Shown here: positions 18,219-27,335 of the stretch, one piece after another
Layout: each line of letters begins with the position of its first letter
Numbering within the stretch: position 1 is the first letter of the stretch
DNA from: a virus
Lineage: Duplodnaviria > Caudoviricetes
Strand: one strand, 5' to 3'
DNA length: 53,253 nt
Virus record (IMG/VR): IMGVR_UViG_3300042292_000140
Span: 1 to 53,253 of that record
Notes under the pieces: generated by a model
Databases searched by the model: none
Told to the model about the DNA's origin: nothing
What the model saw: the letters and a program-made list of their open reading frames with translations, nothing else
Translations under genes and position numbers: made by a program

Positions 18219-20020
18219 TATCTTGCTCCTCTCATATAATCTAATGGCGATTTAGCGGATGCACTAAATTGACCCTTTGCTAATTTTTTTCCTTTTTGCT
18301 TGCGAAGCTCTGTACGCATTTTATCAAGTCTTGCCGCACCTGCTTTGGTTGATCCATCGCCAAGTAATGCTACTGTTTCTGCGTCAATAACGTATTCGCC
18401 ATCAGAAAGTCTTGCATCTATTGTATCATCTCTGCCAGATCCAGATCCTTGTGCTAGATATGCAATTTTAGATAATCCACCTTGTGCTTTTAATGCTGGC
18501 GCAGGTTGAGCTACATTGTATTTTCCACTTGATACATCATTCCAATGCAATGCAGTCCACGTTGCAACGTCTACTCCTTCTTTTGCCGCATCAACCGCCA
18601 TTTTATCCCAATCCCATGTTGATAATGGCTTGCTCATATACTGCTGTTGTTCAGTTGTTAACTTGGGAGATGTTGCCACTGCTTGTTGTATTTTGTTAGA
18701 TCCGCCAAGTGCTGATGCAGCAGCTACACCACCAAGACCAAGCAACCCAATTGTTCCCCAGTCCATAGATTTATCGCCAGCAGGTGGTACTGAGCCTGTT
18801 GCAGGTGGTGTTTGAGTATTTGACCCAAAACCAACATTTTTCATTGCATCTTTATAGCCAGCCGAATTTTCATCAGCAGTTTGTTGCACTGCTTGATCAG
18901 CAGGAGAATTTTTATCCCAAACTCCTTTTGCAAGACCTGCTAATGCACCTGATGTAATTGCCTGACCTGGTTCATAACCTGCTGTCAGCATATTACCGCC
19001 AACCCGTGCGGCTGTATTTATGCCACTACCTAAGTTTGGACTTCCCGTTGCAAATTTATTGGCTAATTGCGGGCCAGCACCAGAAAGCGCACCACCAATA
19101 CCACCCTGCAATGCACCTTTCATAATGTCTTCATTAGTCAATGCATTCATACCACCGCCAATTAATGCACCGCCCACTGCTGACTGTGCAATTGGGTTTT
19201 TAATGCCTATAGCACCACCAATTTCAGATCCTAAACCAGCGTTTAATCCACCGAGTACACCAGATTGCAATCCACCTTTTAGTATGTTGTCACCCGTTAA
19301 GGCTGCCGCACCCGCACCTACTGCACCAGCAGCTAATGCTGTTCCTGCAATTTGACCTGCTTTACCTAGTCCAAAACCAGCCGCGCTACCAAGATAATTA
19401 CCTACTGCTGGCGCAAACACACCAATTGCCGCAGGCAAAATGGTTTTAATCACGTTTTTCCAATTCCACCCAAACTCACGAAGACCTGTGCGTGGATTGA
19501 TAGAACCTGATGCACCCATGTTTTTTAGCATAGCCGCTTCGCGTGGGTTGATATGCGCAAGCATCGTATCCCCACCACGACCAGCGGCTTGGATATGTTG
19601 CGCGGCACTTGCAAGACCGCCTTGTGCCATTGTTTGCGCAGGCATCATGCCTTGTGGTGATTGCGCAGGTGGCATCATAGGACGCTGTTGCGGTTGCGGC
19701 ATCATTCCTTGATTTGGCTGTTGCTCTTTACCTTCGATACGATCTCGCAAGCCATACAGTGCAATCAACAATGAAATGATAACTTGAGCATTGAATTCTG
19801 GAGGAAGCGTATCTTGATCTAACTTGCCATCCATAATGGCAGCAGCTCTGAGCTTGTCGTAATGCTCTGGATGATCCACTGCGGCTTCTAAGAATTTAAT
19901 CAAGCTATCAATGTCGCCAGATGAAATAGGCTGATCTGCAAACTTTTGCTCCATCTGCGTAATCGCTTGCTGATAAGCTGGGTTTCCGCGAACTAATTCT
20001 ACTAATATTTGTTTATCCAT
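18218..20020 (-). CDS. Gly/Ala-rich putative ejection (pilot-like) protein
   Basis: GRGGDTMLAHINPREA...INPRTGLREF, a long glycine-zipper region, and DDTIDARLSDGEYVIDA. Confidence 0.6.
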   Translation of the reverse strand: MDKQILVELVRGNPAYQQAITQMEQKFADQPISSGDIDSLIKFLEAAVDHPEHYDKLRAAAIMDGKLDQDTLPPEFNAQVIISLLIALYGLRDRIEGKEQQPNQGMMPQPQQRPMMPPAQSPQGMMPAQTMAQGGLASAAQHIQAAGRGGDTMLAHINPREAAMLKNMGASGSINPRTGLREFGWNWKNVIKTILPAAIGVFAPAVGNYLGSAAGFGLGKAGQIAGTALAAGAVGAGAAALTGDNILKGGLQSGVLGGLNAGLGSEIGGAIGIKNPIAQSAVGGALIGGGMNALTNEDIMKGALQGGIGGALSGAGPQLANKFATGSPNLGSGINTAARVGGNMLTAGYEPGQAITSGALAGLAKGVWDKNSPADQAVQQTADENSAGYKDAMKNVGFGSNTQTPPATGSVPPAGDKSMDWGTIGLLGLGGVAAASALGGSNKIQQAVATSPKLTTEQQQYMSKPLSTWDWDKMAVDAAKEGVDVATWTALHWNDVSSGKYNVAQPAPALKAQGGLSKIAYLAQGSGSGRDDTIDARLSDGEYVIDAETVALLGDGSTKAGAARLDKMRTELRKQKGKKLAKGQFSASAKSPLDYMRGAR

Positions 20021-20246
20021 TTGTTACCTCGCAGAAACGCTCTGCCCATTCTTGCCAATCATCAAAGTTATACGGATTCGGTGCATTTTGTGGCAATGAT
20101 GTACTGCTCACAAATTGTACTGCCCAATCCTGCCATTTTTGTATGTCATTTAATCTTCTAATTGCACCATAAGGATCCAAATCAAGTGACAGTTGATCTG
20201 CCCAGTCTTGAAGTTGTAATCCAGTTGGTAATGTAATTCTAATCAT
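20013..20246 (-). CDS. Trp-rich hypothetical tail-region protein
   Basis: WQDWA and WQEWA; coupled to neighbours. Confidence 0.65.
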   Translation of the reverse strand: MIRITLPTGLQLQDWADQLSLDLDPYGAIRRLNDIQKWQDWAVQFVSSTSLPQNAPNPYNFDDWQEWAERFCEVTNG

Positions 20247-22072
20247 CCTGTCACCGTACCGTCGCCAACGTCAATATGCGCAATAATCTGCCCCATTTGA
20301 TAATCACCATCAATTGCATTGGACTCAAATCGAAGTCTTAATTCTCTACGTTGTTCTTTTAATGTGACGATTTGTTGATAAGTTGCCTCAGCAGTATCTG
20401 GAAATGCATAAATAGTTCCGTAAACTTCTGGTGCGCGAGCGTTAGAACGACCAATTACTTGTACCGTCATGTCAGAGCTTTGCACAAAGTCCGGTTCAAT
20501 AATAGAAATCTCGTGCCAATTTGAATTTCCTTGTGCTGGTGATGATAAGTCAGCCGTTTCAAAGAAACTGTAAATAGGCTGTATGGTGTTTTCATAAATT
20601 TGATTAACACCCTTTTCATGGATCCACACATGAAAATCATTATTTACTGCATCAAGACCGGCTGCGATTGGTGCCACAAATAAATTACTGTATGTTGCCG
20701 ATGTTCTGCCTGCATTGGGAAGCTGCGTGTCATACCAAGTATTTTCACGAACGTTATAAATAACCGCGTGCGTACATTCTGTTGCATCACCGCGAGGATA
20801 ACACCACCAAATTTCACCAAATCGAGGCACCTTAAATCCAAACACTTTTTGACGTTCGTTTTGATTGATACCTTCAAAGAAATAATTTAGGTTCATTAGG
20901 TTTGCTACTTCACGCACCACACCGTTAAACATCATAAACCGATCAACACCAACCCAATAATAAATACCGTCATAGTCCACAACAGAATCTGGTGAAATAA
21001 TTGACGTGCCTGTGGCTATAACGTCAAACTGAAACACAGTTGCGCCACCAGTAAAGGTTGTACGAATAACAGCGTCATACGCCCAAAATAGACCAGCAGG
21101 AGCGTTACCGCTACCAGCACGCAGCGGCATGCCTTTTATTATTTTTGTACCCCAAGGACGCGCAATGCCAGAGCCAGAACCTGATAGATCTGTGAAGTCA
21201 CCAGCAACACTCCAGCCAACAATACCATCACCACCATAGTAAAAAAGATATGGATGAAGCGATACGATGCCACCAGCCACATTAGCACCGGTTGGAAGTC
21301 GAATGTCTTTAAGTGGTACTGTGCCAAATGCATCGCCATAAAATATTTGTCCTACGGTGTCATTAGTTGCATAAGAGTTATTCGGTGCGCAATGCGCCAA
21401 TATTGAGTTAGCAGTCGTTGATGAATCATACTGATAGTCAAACATCCACTTGTTGTCGGAATCTTCAATTAATGCTTCAGATCCACCAGACATATCCACT
21501 TTTGTAGTGGTAATCGTTGTTGTGGTTGCAACGACTACATAACCGTTATAAATAGATCCAGCGTTAGTGGATGTAATCGTAATAATTGCGCCAACTGCTG
21601 TGGCATCGTAATTTGGGAAAGAAGTGTAAGCAGTAATGTTTGCCGCAACAGCCGTAGCCGTAGCAGATAAACTGACTGTATAAGCAACAGGCGCAGACAT
21701 AATATCTACGCCATTTATGGTAATCATGCTAACAACGCCAGCAGCACCACCAGTTAAAGTTACACTTCCAGTTGATACAACCGCTATTGGTGTTCTACTC
21801 GTAATAATCGAGCTGTTATAACTTGCATCAATGGTGAATCTATTTAGCTCAGTAGCCGATCCAGAGTGCATATAAACAAAGTCGCCTTTGTTTATATTAG
21901 TTAAACCCGTGCTTTTTTCTGGCAAATATTTGGTTGTTGATCTAAATCCACCAATCTTGCGTGGAAGACCACGTTGCCAGCGAACCCACTGGCCATCAAC
22001 GTAAGCATTACCTTCAAACTTGGTTCCGTCACGTTTAATGCCAGGATCTGACTTTAAGATGATGGTACTCAT
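20243..22072 (-). CDS. Tail tubular protein B / P22 gp10-like nozzle
   Basis: PGIKRDGT..EG..Y.DG.WVRW..G.PRKIGG and FGEIWWCYP...C...VIYN..EN.WY; position after tube A. Confidence 0.7.
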   Translation of the reverse strand: MSTIILKSDPGIKRDGTKFEGNAYVDGQWVRWQRGLPRKIGGFRSTTKYLPEKSTGLTNINKGDFVYMHSGSATELNRFTIDASYNSSIITSRTPIAVVSTGSVTLTGGAAGVVSMITINGVDIMSAPVAYTVSLSATATAVAANITAYTSFPNYDATAVGAIITITSTNAGSIYNGYVVVATTTTITTTKVDMSGGSEALIEDSDNKWMFDYQYDSSTTANSILAHCAPNNSYATNDTVGQIFYGDAFGTVPLKDIRLPTGANVAGGIVSLHPYLFYYGGDGIVGWSVAGDFTDLSGSGSGIARPWGTKIIKGMPLRAGSGNAPAGLFWAYDAVIRTTFTGGATVFQFDVIATGTSIISPDSVVDYDGIYYWVGVDRFMMFNGVVREVANLMNLNYFFEGINQNERQKVFGFKVPRFGEIWWCYPRGDATECTHAVIYNVRENTWYDTQLPNAGRTSATYSNLFVAPIAAGLDAVNNDFHVWIHEKGVNQIYENTIQPIYSFFETADLSSPAQGNSNWHEISIIEPDFVQSSDMTVQVIGRSNARAPEVYGTIYAFPDTAEATYQQIVTLKEQRRELRLRFESNAIDGDYQMGQIIAHIDVGDGTVTG

Positions 22073-23271
22073 TAGAACGTCCCACCATTGACATTACCAG
22101 ACTGAGCAGTACCCAACGCAGTCCATGCATTAGTCTGAGTAACAGCAGCAAAAATATTAATACCAGTGGATCCACCACCTAAATTGATTAATGCACCACC
22201 CGCAGTTGATGCGCCAGTACCACCTTGCGAAATATCAATTGGAAGTGCAATTGAAGCAGTATCAGCAATAAGAAAATCAGTGCCATTGCAGTAATAAATA
22301 CCACGCTGACCTTGTGTAATCGTAACGCCAGCACCAGCGGCTGTTTTAACTGTAAACGTATAGGCACCTGTTGTACTATTGGTTATCCAATATTGCTGTA
22401 CTGTGGTTGGAACAATGATGGTGCGATTGCCAGTTAATAAGCCGGTAAAATTGTAAGCAACTCGATTTAATTCAGATCCAGAAAGTGTATAGGTGCCAGT
22501 GCCTGCTACAGCAATAGACGTGTAATCAAACGCAAATGTCGCAGGTTGACCAAATCCTATGGTGTAGAAGTTACTGCCATCCGATGCAATAATAGCTGAT
22601 TCACCAGGTTGAAAACTTAACGATGCTAAACCATCAATTGTGTTTGTTCCTGCTGGTGTTGCAACAATTGCACCCGTTCCAGAATTTCGCAAATAAATAA
22701 ACCAATTATCAACCGTTGCAGCCGATGGGAATGTGACGATACCCCCTGCACCCGTCCAGTTGTACATCTTGGCGCGATCTGTAACGCCCAATGTAAAGTT
22801 AGCACTAAAAGTGGTGACTGGCACAGACTGTGATAACACAGTGCCAACTGCAACAATGCCTGTTCCAGCTAATGAGGATGCATTAGTTTGTGAAGTAGCC
22901 GCACCATATTGCAGTGAACGCCATACGCCAGCAGATGTTGAATTGTTTGTTAAATAAACTTGCCACAGTGTCCCAGTTGCAATCGACACCACTTGTGTTC
23001 CATCATAATTAGCAATGATGATAGTTTGCGTGCCAATATTGTTGAATAAGATTGTCTGACCAGTTCCTGCTTTTTGTGCATCAGGGAGTAAAATCTTTAA
23101 TCCAGCCGTAACAGTTTGAATATCAATAATCTTAGCAGCAAGATTGCTTGACGCAGAAGTTTCTTCCGGCCAGCTTAATTGCACATCGGCTGTCAGCGTT
23201 AATGATTCGTAGCTAACTTCAGATGGATAGACGGTAGCACCGCCAAAAACGTAATTGTATGATGTTGTCAT
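22072..23271 (-). CDS. Tail fibre/appendage protein
   Basis: Thr/Gly beta-rich; FTGLLTGNRTIIVP and GGTGASTAGGALINLG fibre motifs. Confidence 0.6.
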   Translation of the reverse strand: MTTSYNYVFGGATVYPSEVSYESLTLTADVQLSWPEETSASSNLAAKIIDIQTVTAGLKILLPDAQKAGTGQTILFNNIGTQTIIIANYDGTQVVSIATGTLWQVYLTNNSTSAGVWRSLQYGAATSQTNASSLAGTGIVAVGTVLSQSVPVTTFSANFTLGVTDRAKMYNWTGAGGIVTFPSAATVDNWFIYLRNSGTGAIVATPAGTNTIDGLASLSFQPGESAIIASDGSNFYTIGFGQPATFAFDYTSIAVAGTGTYTLSGSELNRVAYNFTGLLTGNRTIIVPTTVQQYWITNSTTGAYTFTVKTAAGAGVTITQGQRGIYYCNGTDFLIADTASIALPIDISQGGTGASTAGGALINLGGGSTGINIFAAVTQTNAWTALGTAQSGNVNGGTF

Positions 23272-23909
23272 TATGCTTTATTCCTAATTGCAGTTCGGTC
23301 AAGAATGCGTTGCAGATCTTCGCCATTAAGTGATTGCGCTGCACGATCATAAAGCGTTTGCCAAGTTTGCAAGCGTGCATCATTTTTAAGATAAGGTGCT
23401 GCTTCAAGTAACGTACCGTACAGCAATAAATCTGGCGCAAAGTCAGTAATGAAGTTTGTTTGAGTTTCTTCACCGAGAAATCGTGGTTGCTCGTAATAAA
23501 GGATCTCTATGGTGGTGTCAGTAGCAGGTGTTGGCGCAATTAACCAATGAAAATAATCATAATCAGCATAATACTCTGGTGTGCCAGTTTCTTCACTGTC
23601 AGGCCAATAATTGCGAATATACTCATAGGATCTGCCGTGAATTGCATTAGTACCAATATGCATTGATACGGTTTCACGCCATCTATCAGGTTTTGGATAA
23701 ACTGAAACGCCAGCAGGCAATGTTGTGGTGACTGGCACAATAAATCCTGTGACTTTAAGTTCACGGGAAATTCTGCGTTCAGCAAGCGTTATAAGCCGAG
23801 GAAGTTGCTCATAAACGTATGGATCAGACTCTTGCGTGAAACCACGCTCTAGGTACCGTCGAAGGTCTGTAAGTAGTGTTGTGTATGTTACGCTGCTATT
23901 GTTGCTCAT
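23271..23909 (-). CDS. Tail tubular protein A / adaptor
   Basis: TYTTL...I.LAE.RI.REL, G.P.YYA, APTP, and PDLLLYGTLLEAAPYLKND.R...W. Confidence 0.7.
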   Translation of the reverse strand: MSNNSSVTYTTLLTDLRRYLERGFTQESDPYVYEQLPRLITLAERRISRELKVTGFIVPVTTTLPAGVSVYPKPDRWRETVSMHIGTNAIHGRSYEYIRNYWPDSEETGTPEYYADYDYFHWLIAPTPATDTTIEILYYEQPRFLGEETQTNFITDFAPDLLLYGTLLEAAPYLKNDARLQTWQTLYDRAAQSLNGEDLQRILDRTAIRNKA

Positions 23910-23962
23910 AATGACTCCAAGTTATCACAAGCGAGCTGTTGCAGCAGGCACATTTTTATTAA

Positions 23963-23991
23963 ATTATAGTATTTGTACCGCGTGTAGTCTA
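23963..23991 (-). promoter_or_regulatory. Sigma70-like promoter upstream of tube A
   Basis: Minus strand TAGACT-17nt-TATAAT. Confidence 0.6.
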
Positions 23992-23995
23992 TCTT

Positions 23996-24229
23996 TTATG
24001 GCTTAAAATGCGCTTGCATCCAATAAGCCGCTGCTCCTAAAAGACCAGCAACTGACCATTGAATTGCGGCTTCTGTTACTTTTTTAAGCATCTCTTTCTT
24101 TAACTTTTCTGCTTCTATTCTTTCTTGTATCCATTCGTGATGTGATGCATGAGAATCGATTACTTCTTCATGATGCTCTTGCAGAGCCTCCAAGAAAAGT
24201 GCCTTTAAACTATCGCGATTAAGGTCCAT
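23996..24229 (-). CDS. Lysis-cassette membrane protein (C-terminal TM)
   Basis: Follows the endolysin; coiled coil followed by a hydrophobic C-terminus. Confidence 0.55.
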   Translation of the reverse strand: MDLNRDSLKALFLEALQEHHEEVIDSHASHHEWIQERIEAEKLKKEMLKKVTEAAIQWSVAGLLGAAAYWMQAHFKP

Positions 24230-24287
24230 GTCCTTTGCCTTCTGTTAATAAAAAATGCCACTTGCGCAACATTTTACAGTAAAAATG

Positions 24288-24641
24288 TTATCCATTCCAA
24301 CGTGCGATTTTACCATCACGAACATCAATATGCGTAAAAGAATTGTAGCGTCCAAGACCTTTGCAATCGTCATCAAAATGCTTCATGAGATATTCTTGCA
24401 CTTCTTTGGGCGGTACGTCTTTTACTTTAATGTCGGCTGCGTTGCCAAGAACGTGTTGGCTATGCTTTGCACCTCCCACTTTCGTGTTGTGCGCTTCACA
24501 TCTTCTACCGCTCATAATGGTAATCGGTTTACCAAACGACTCACGGATGCGGTTAAGTAACTCTACGAGCTTAGGGTTAACGTCTTTTTCACCACACCCG
24601 CAGTGACACTCAAATTCTTCTGGTTTGAAGTATTTGCTCAT
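24288..24641 (-). CDS. Endolysin, peptidase M15A family
   Basis: EFECHCGCG, SGRRC..HN..VGGA..SQH..G.AAD, FTHIDVR. Likely start ATG 24641. Confidence 0.9.
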   Translation of the reverse strand: MSKYFKPEEFECHCGCGEKDVNPKLVELLNRIRESFGKPITIMSGRRCEAHNTKVGGAKHSQHVLGNAADIKVKDVPPKEVQEYLMKHFDDDCKGLGRYNSFTHIDVRDGKIARWNG

Positions 24642-24642
24642 A

Positions 24643-24834
24643 TTATTTACCTTCTGATGCAAACAATCCAATCATACCAAACACTACACTAGCCACAGTC
24701 AAACTATCATGCACAACAGGCGTTGCATCAATATTCACACCCGCCATCGTTGCAAGTGCTGCCACACTTGCGTAGGTAGAAGGCTCTTTTAATCGAGCCA
24801 TTAAATAGTTCCACACTTTAAGTATTTTGTTCAT
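24643..24834 (-). CDS. Putative holin
   Basis: RLKEPSTY followed by two hydrophobic segments; immediately upstream of the endolysin. Confidence 0.65.
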   Translation of the reverse strand: MNKILKVWNYLMARLKEPSTYASVAALATMAGVNIDATPVVHDSLTVASVVFGMIGLFASEGK

Positions 24835-24835
24835 G

Positions 24836-25216
24836 TTACAGTCCTAATTTATCGATTGACGCTTGAGAAATAGAGCCGCTATCGATAAGCAATTGAAGCC
24901 AAGGCTGTGCATCAGCAACCAATAAAGGAGTAGCAAGCTCAACCTTCACCGTAGTGATTTCATCCGTTTTGTTGTTGTCCCATTTAATCTTTTCAGCAAG
25001 TGTTAAGGCGTTGCGGATTTCATCAAGCGAGATTCTGCGTGGAGGTAATTCGATTTCTGGCTGCGGCTGTGAAATAAATTCACCGTTAATATAATCATCA
25101 CCAATACCTGCATCGTCGGATTTAACTAACTCCCAATCGGGAAATAAACCTAAATCTTCTTCTTTAACGATAATGACGTTAATTACTTTTCCGTTTTCAA
25201 TATGTGCGTATCTCAT
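24836..25216 (-). CDS. Fibre-associated/assembly protein
   Basis: MRYAHIENGKVINVI...AGIGD.Y..G.F pattern common after Gly-rich fibre genes. Confidence 0.55.
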   Translation of the reverse strand: MRYAHIENGKVINVIIVKEEDLGLFPDWELVKSDDAGIGDDYINGEFISQPQPEIELPPRRISLDEIRNALTLAEKIKWDNNKTDEITTVKVELATPLLVADAQPWLQLLIDSGSISQASIDKLGL

Positions 25217-25217
25217 T

Positions 25218-25997
25218 TTATTCTACCCATGCAATTAAACAGTAACCGCTCGCGCCATTTCCACCAGAATTACCATATCCAGCAGCTCCACCACCTCCGC
25301 TTCCAGAATTTGCAACAGCGTTACTACCGCCATTCGCACCGTTACCTCCCTTTCCACCACCAGTTCCACCAGCTCCGCCTGTACCAACAGTACCAATATT
25401 ATTATAACTACCACCGCCTCCGCCACCGCCACCTAAACCAAATACACCTGTGGCGCCATTACCTCCAATATGAATTCCTAGTCCTGTGTAAGCTGACGCA
25501 CCTTGCGAACCTCCGGAAGTAGCGCCTCCGTTTGACACCGTTGATGCGCCAGAAGCACCTCCTGTACTAGCTATACCACCACCACCACCACCGCCACCAC
25601 TACCACCTGCACCACCTGCATTTGCATCACCACCTGCACCGCCACTACCGCCAGTTAACGTAACCGATGCACCGCCTGATAAAGTAGTATTTCCGCCAGC
25701 CGTACCATTAAGCCCACCTCCAGCAGCACCAGCACCGTATGCGCCAATTGAAATCGTTAAGTTACCTGTAACAGTCACTAGTTTTGATATTGCAACACCG
25801 CCACCGCCACCGCCACCGCCACCACTACTAGTAGAGCCATTAGTTCCACTACCACCGCCGCCACCTCCAGCAACAGCGAGCACATAAACCGTTTGTGTTG
25901 TAGCAGGTTTAGTCCAAGTACCTGAAGAAGTAAACTCTTGAGTTTTAAGCGTCCCACCACCAGACGCGCCTAAAATTGTACTCATCTGTAAAGTCAT
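25218..25997 (-). CDS. Glycine-rich virion/fibre protein
   Basis: FTSSGTWTKP...V.VL.V.GGGGGG...G.SG...I.W (Gly_rich_2-like). Confidence 0.75.
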   Translation of the reverse strand: MTLQMSTILGASGGGTLKTQEFTSSGTWTKPATTQTVYVLAVAGGGGGGSGTNGSTSSGGGGGGGGGVAISKLVTVTGNLTISIGAYGAGAAGGGLNGTAGGNTTLSGGASVTLTGGSGGAGGDANAGGAGGSGGGGGGGGIASTGGASGASTVSNGGATSGGSQGASAYTGLGIHIGGNGATGVFGLGGGGGGGGSYNNIGTVGTGGAGGTGGGKGGNGANGGSNAVANSGSGGGGAAGYGNSGGNGASGYCLIAWVE

Positions 25998-26013
25998 ATT
26001 AAAATCCTGTTAT

Positions 26014-26808
26014 TTAAAGAACAATTACCCAACCTTGCGTTGCACCGGAGTACACCAAGGTTACGTTTCTATAATTTACGTTTAATATTAGAGTTTGCAC
26101 TGAACCCATTAAATTTAAACCGTTTGAGTTAATCGTTAGATTGTTAGTTGCAAATGTACCTTTGTAATCTGCAATATTTATAGTATCACTAAGCACCGCT
26201 GATGCAGGTAAAGTAATAGTAAATGCGCTTGATGTTGTATCAGCAAGGATATTATCCCCAGCAACAGCGGGATTATAAGTTGTGGTTTTGATTGTCCAAT
26301 TTAAAAACTTTTGACCAGCCGCAAACGTAATTGCACCTGTCATCGTACCGCCAGCTAACGGCAAAGTACCCGTAAAAGATTGACCAGCCGCAAACGTAAT
26401 TGCACCTGTCATTGTGCCACCAGCGGTTGGCAAGAATCCAGTAATTGAACCTCCTAACGTCAAACTGCCCGACGAGGTTACTGTGCCGGATAACGTCAAA
26501 CCGCTTACCGTTCCTGTACCGATTACTGAAGTTACTGTACCTGTAGCCGGTGTTACAAACGTTAAATTTCCCGCGCCATCAGTTTTAATAACTTGGTTAG
26601 CAGTTCCATCCACTGTTGGATATTTCAAACCAGCAGGATTGTTCATCAATCTTATTACAGATCCACCTGTGTTTAATGCCCAAACCGACATGTCAGCCGT
26701 GTTGTAATTGATTGCAAGCTCTCCCGCAATCAAATTTCCTGCTGTTGGTGCTGTGCCAGACGTTGATGTGCGATAAAGTTGTATTGGTGTGTAACCACTA
26801 GCCGCCAT
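26014..26808 (-). CDS. Tail fibre protein
   Basis: P...L..GELAIN, LP.AGGTMTGAITFAAGQ twice, ADTTSSAFTITLPAS...GW. Confidence 0.7.
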   Translation of the reverse strand: MAASGYTPIQLYRTSTSGTAPTAGNLIAGELAINYNTADMSVWALNTGGSVIRLMNNPAGLKYPTVDGTANQVIKTDGAGNLTFVTPATGTVTSVIGTGTVSGLTLSGTVTSSGSLTLGGSITGFLPTAGGTMTGAITFAAGQSFTGTLPLAGGTMTGAITFAAGQKFLNWTIKTTTYNPAVAGDNILADTTSSAFTITLPASAVLSDTINIADYKGTFATNNLTINSNGLNLMGSVQTLILNVNYRNVTLVYSGATQGWVIVL

Positions 26809-26812
26809 GTTG

Positions 26813-27160
26813 TTACCTCAAATTTTCAAGTTTAAATAGGGTTGACATGTGCAAACCCGCTAGTTCGTCTAATATGTTTTCAAGTGCTGGCACATTGTTT
26901 GATAATTCACTGCGATTGTCGTTTATCCAAGATAAATTGTCACGAATGAGCTTTTCAATATGCGGATCATCATTTGGAATTTCTTCAATTTTACCAAAAG
27001 TTCCTATTTGTGCTTCAACAAATTTATCAATTAGTGTTATCAATTCATCATAAAATTCGCCCAATGCTTGATGCTGTGCATACGAATCAGTTGTCCAGTG
27101 ACGTGCATGACTTGCATTGCGCTCATCAAATACTTTAGTGATTAGCTCGCCAATCATCAT
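26813..27160 (-). CDS. Ferritin-like four-helix protein (DUF5856-like)
   Basis: HW.T.SYAQH.AL..FYDEL..L.D.FVE...G and L.NI.DE...L....L..L. Confidence 0.65.
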   Translation of the reverse strand: MMIGELITKVFDERNASHARHWTTDSYAQHQALGEFYDELITLIDKFVEAQIGTFGKIEEIPNDDPHIEKLIRDNLSWINDNRSELSNNVPALENILDELAGLHMSTLFKLENLR

Positions 27161-27333
27161 AATTCCTTCGGTAAATTAAAAAACACTCTTGCTTCATCTT
27201 CACTGTCAAACCAATACCAACCTTCTACAGGTAATGTGTAGTCATCTTTGTGGTCTGCAAGCAGTAAATAGTCTGCGCCAAATACTGAGTTTGGTGCCTC
27301 AAGCAAATCACCGTCTACTTTAAAAAAGCTCAT
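27157..27333 (-). CDS. Small fibre-associated protein
   Basis: APN.V....L.....D.Y.LPVEGWYWFDSE.EA; likely start ATG 27333. Confidence 0.6.
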   Translation of the reverse strand: MSFFKVDGDLLEAPNSVFGADYLLLADHKDDYTLPVEGWYWFDSEDEARVFFNLPKEL

Positions 27334-27335
27334 AA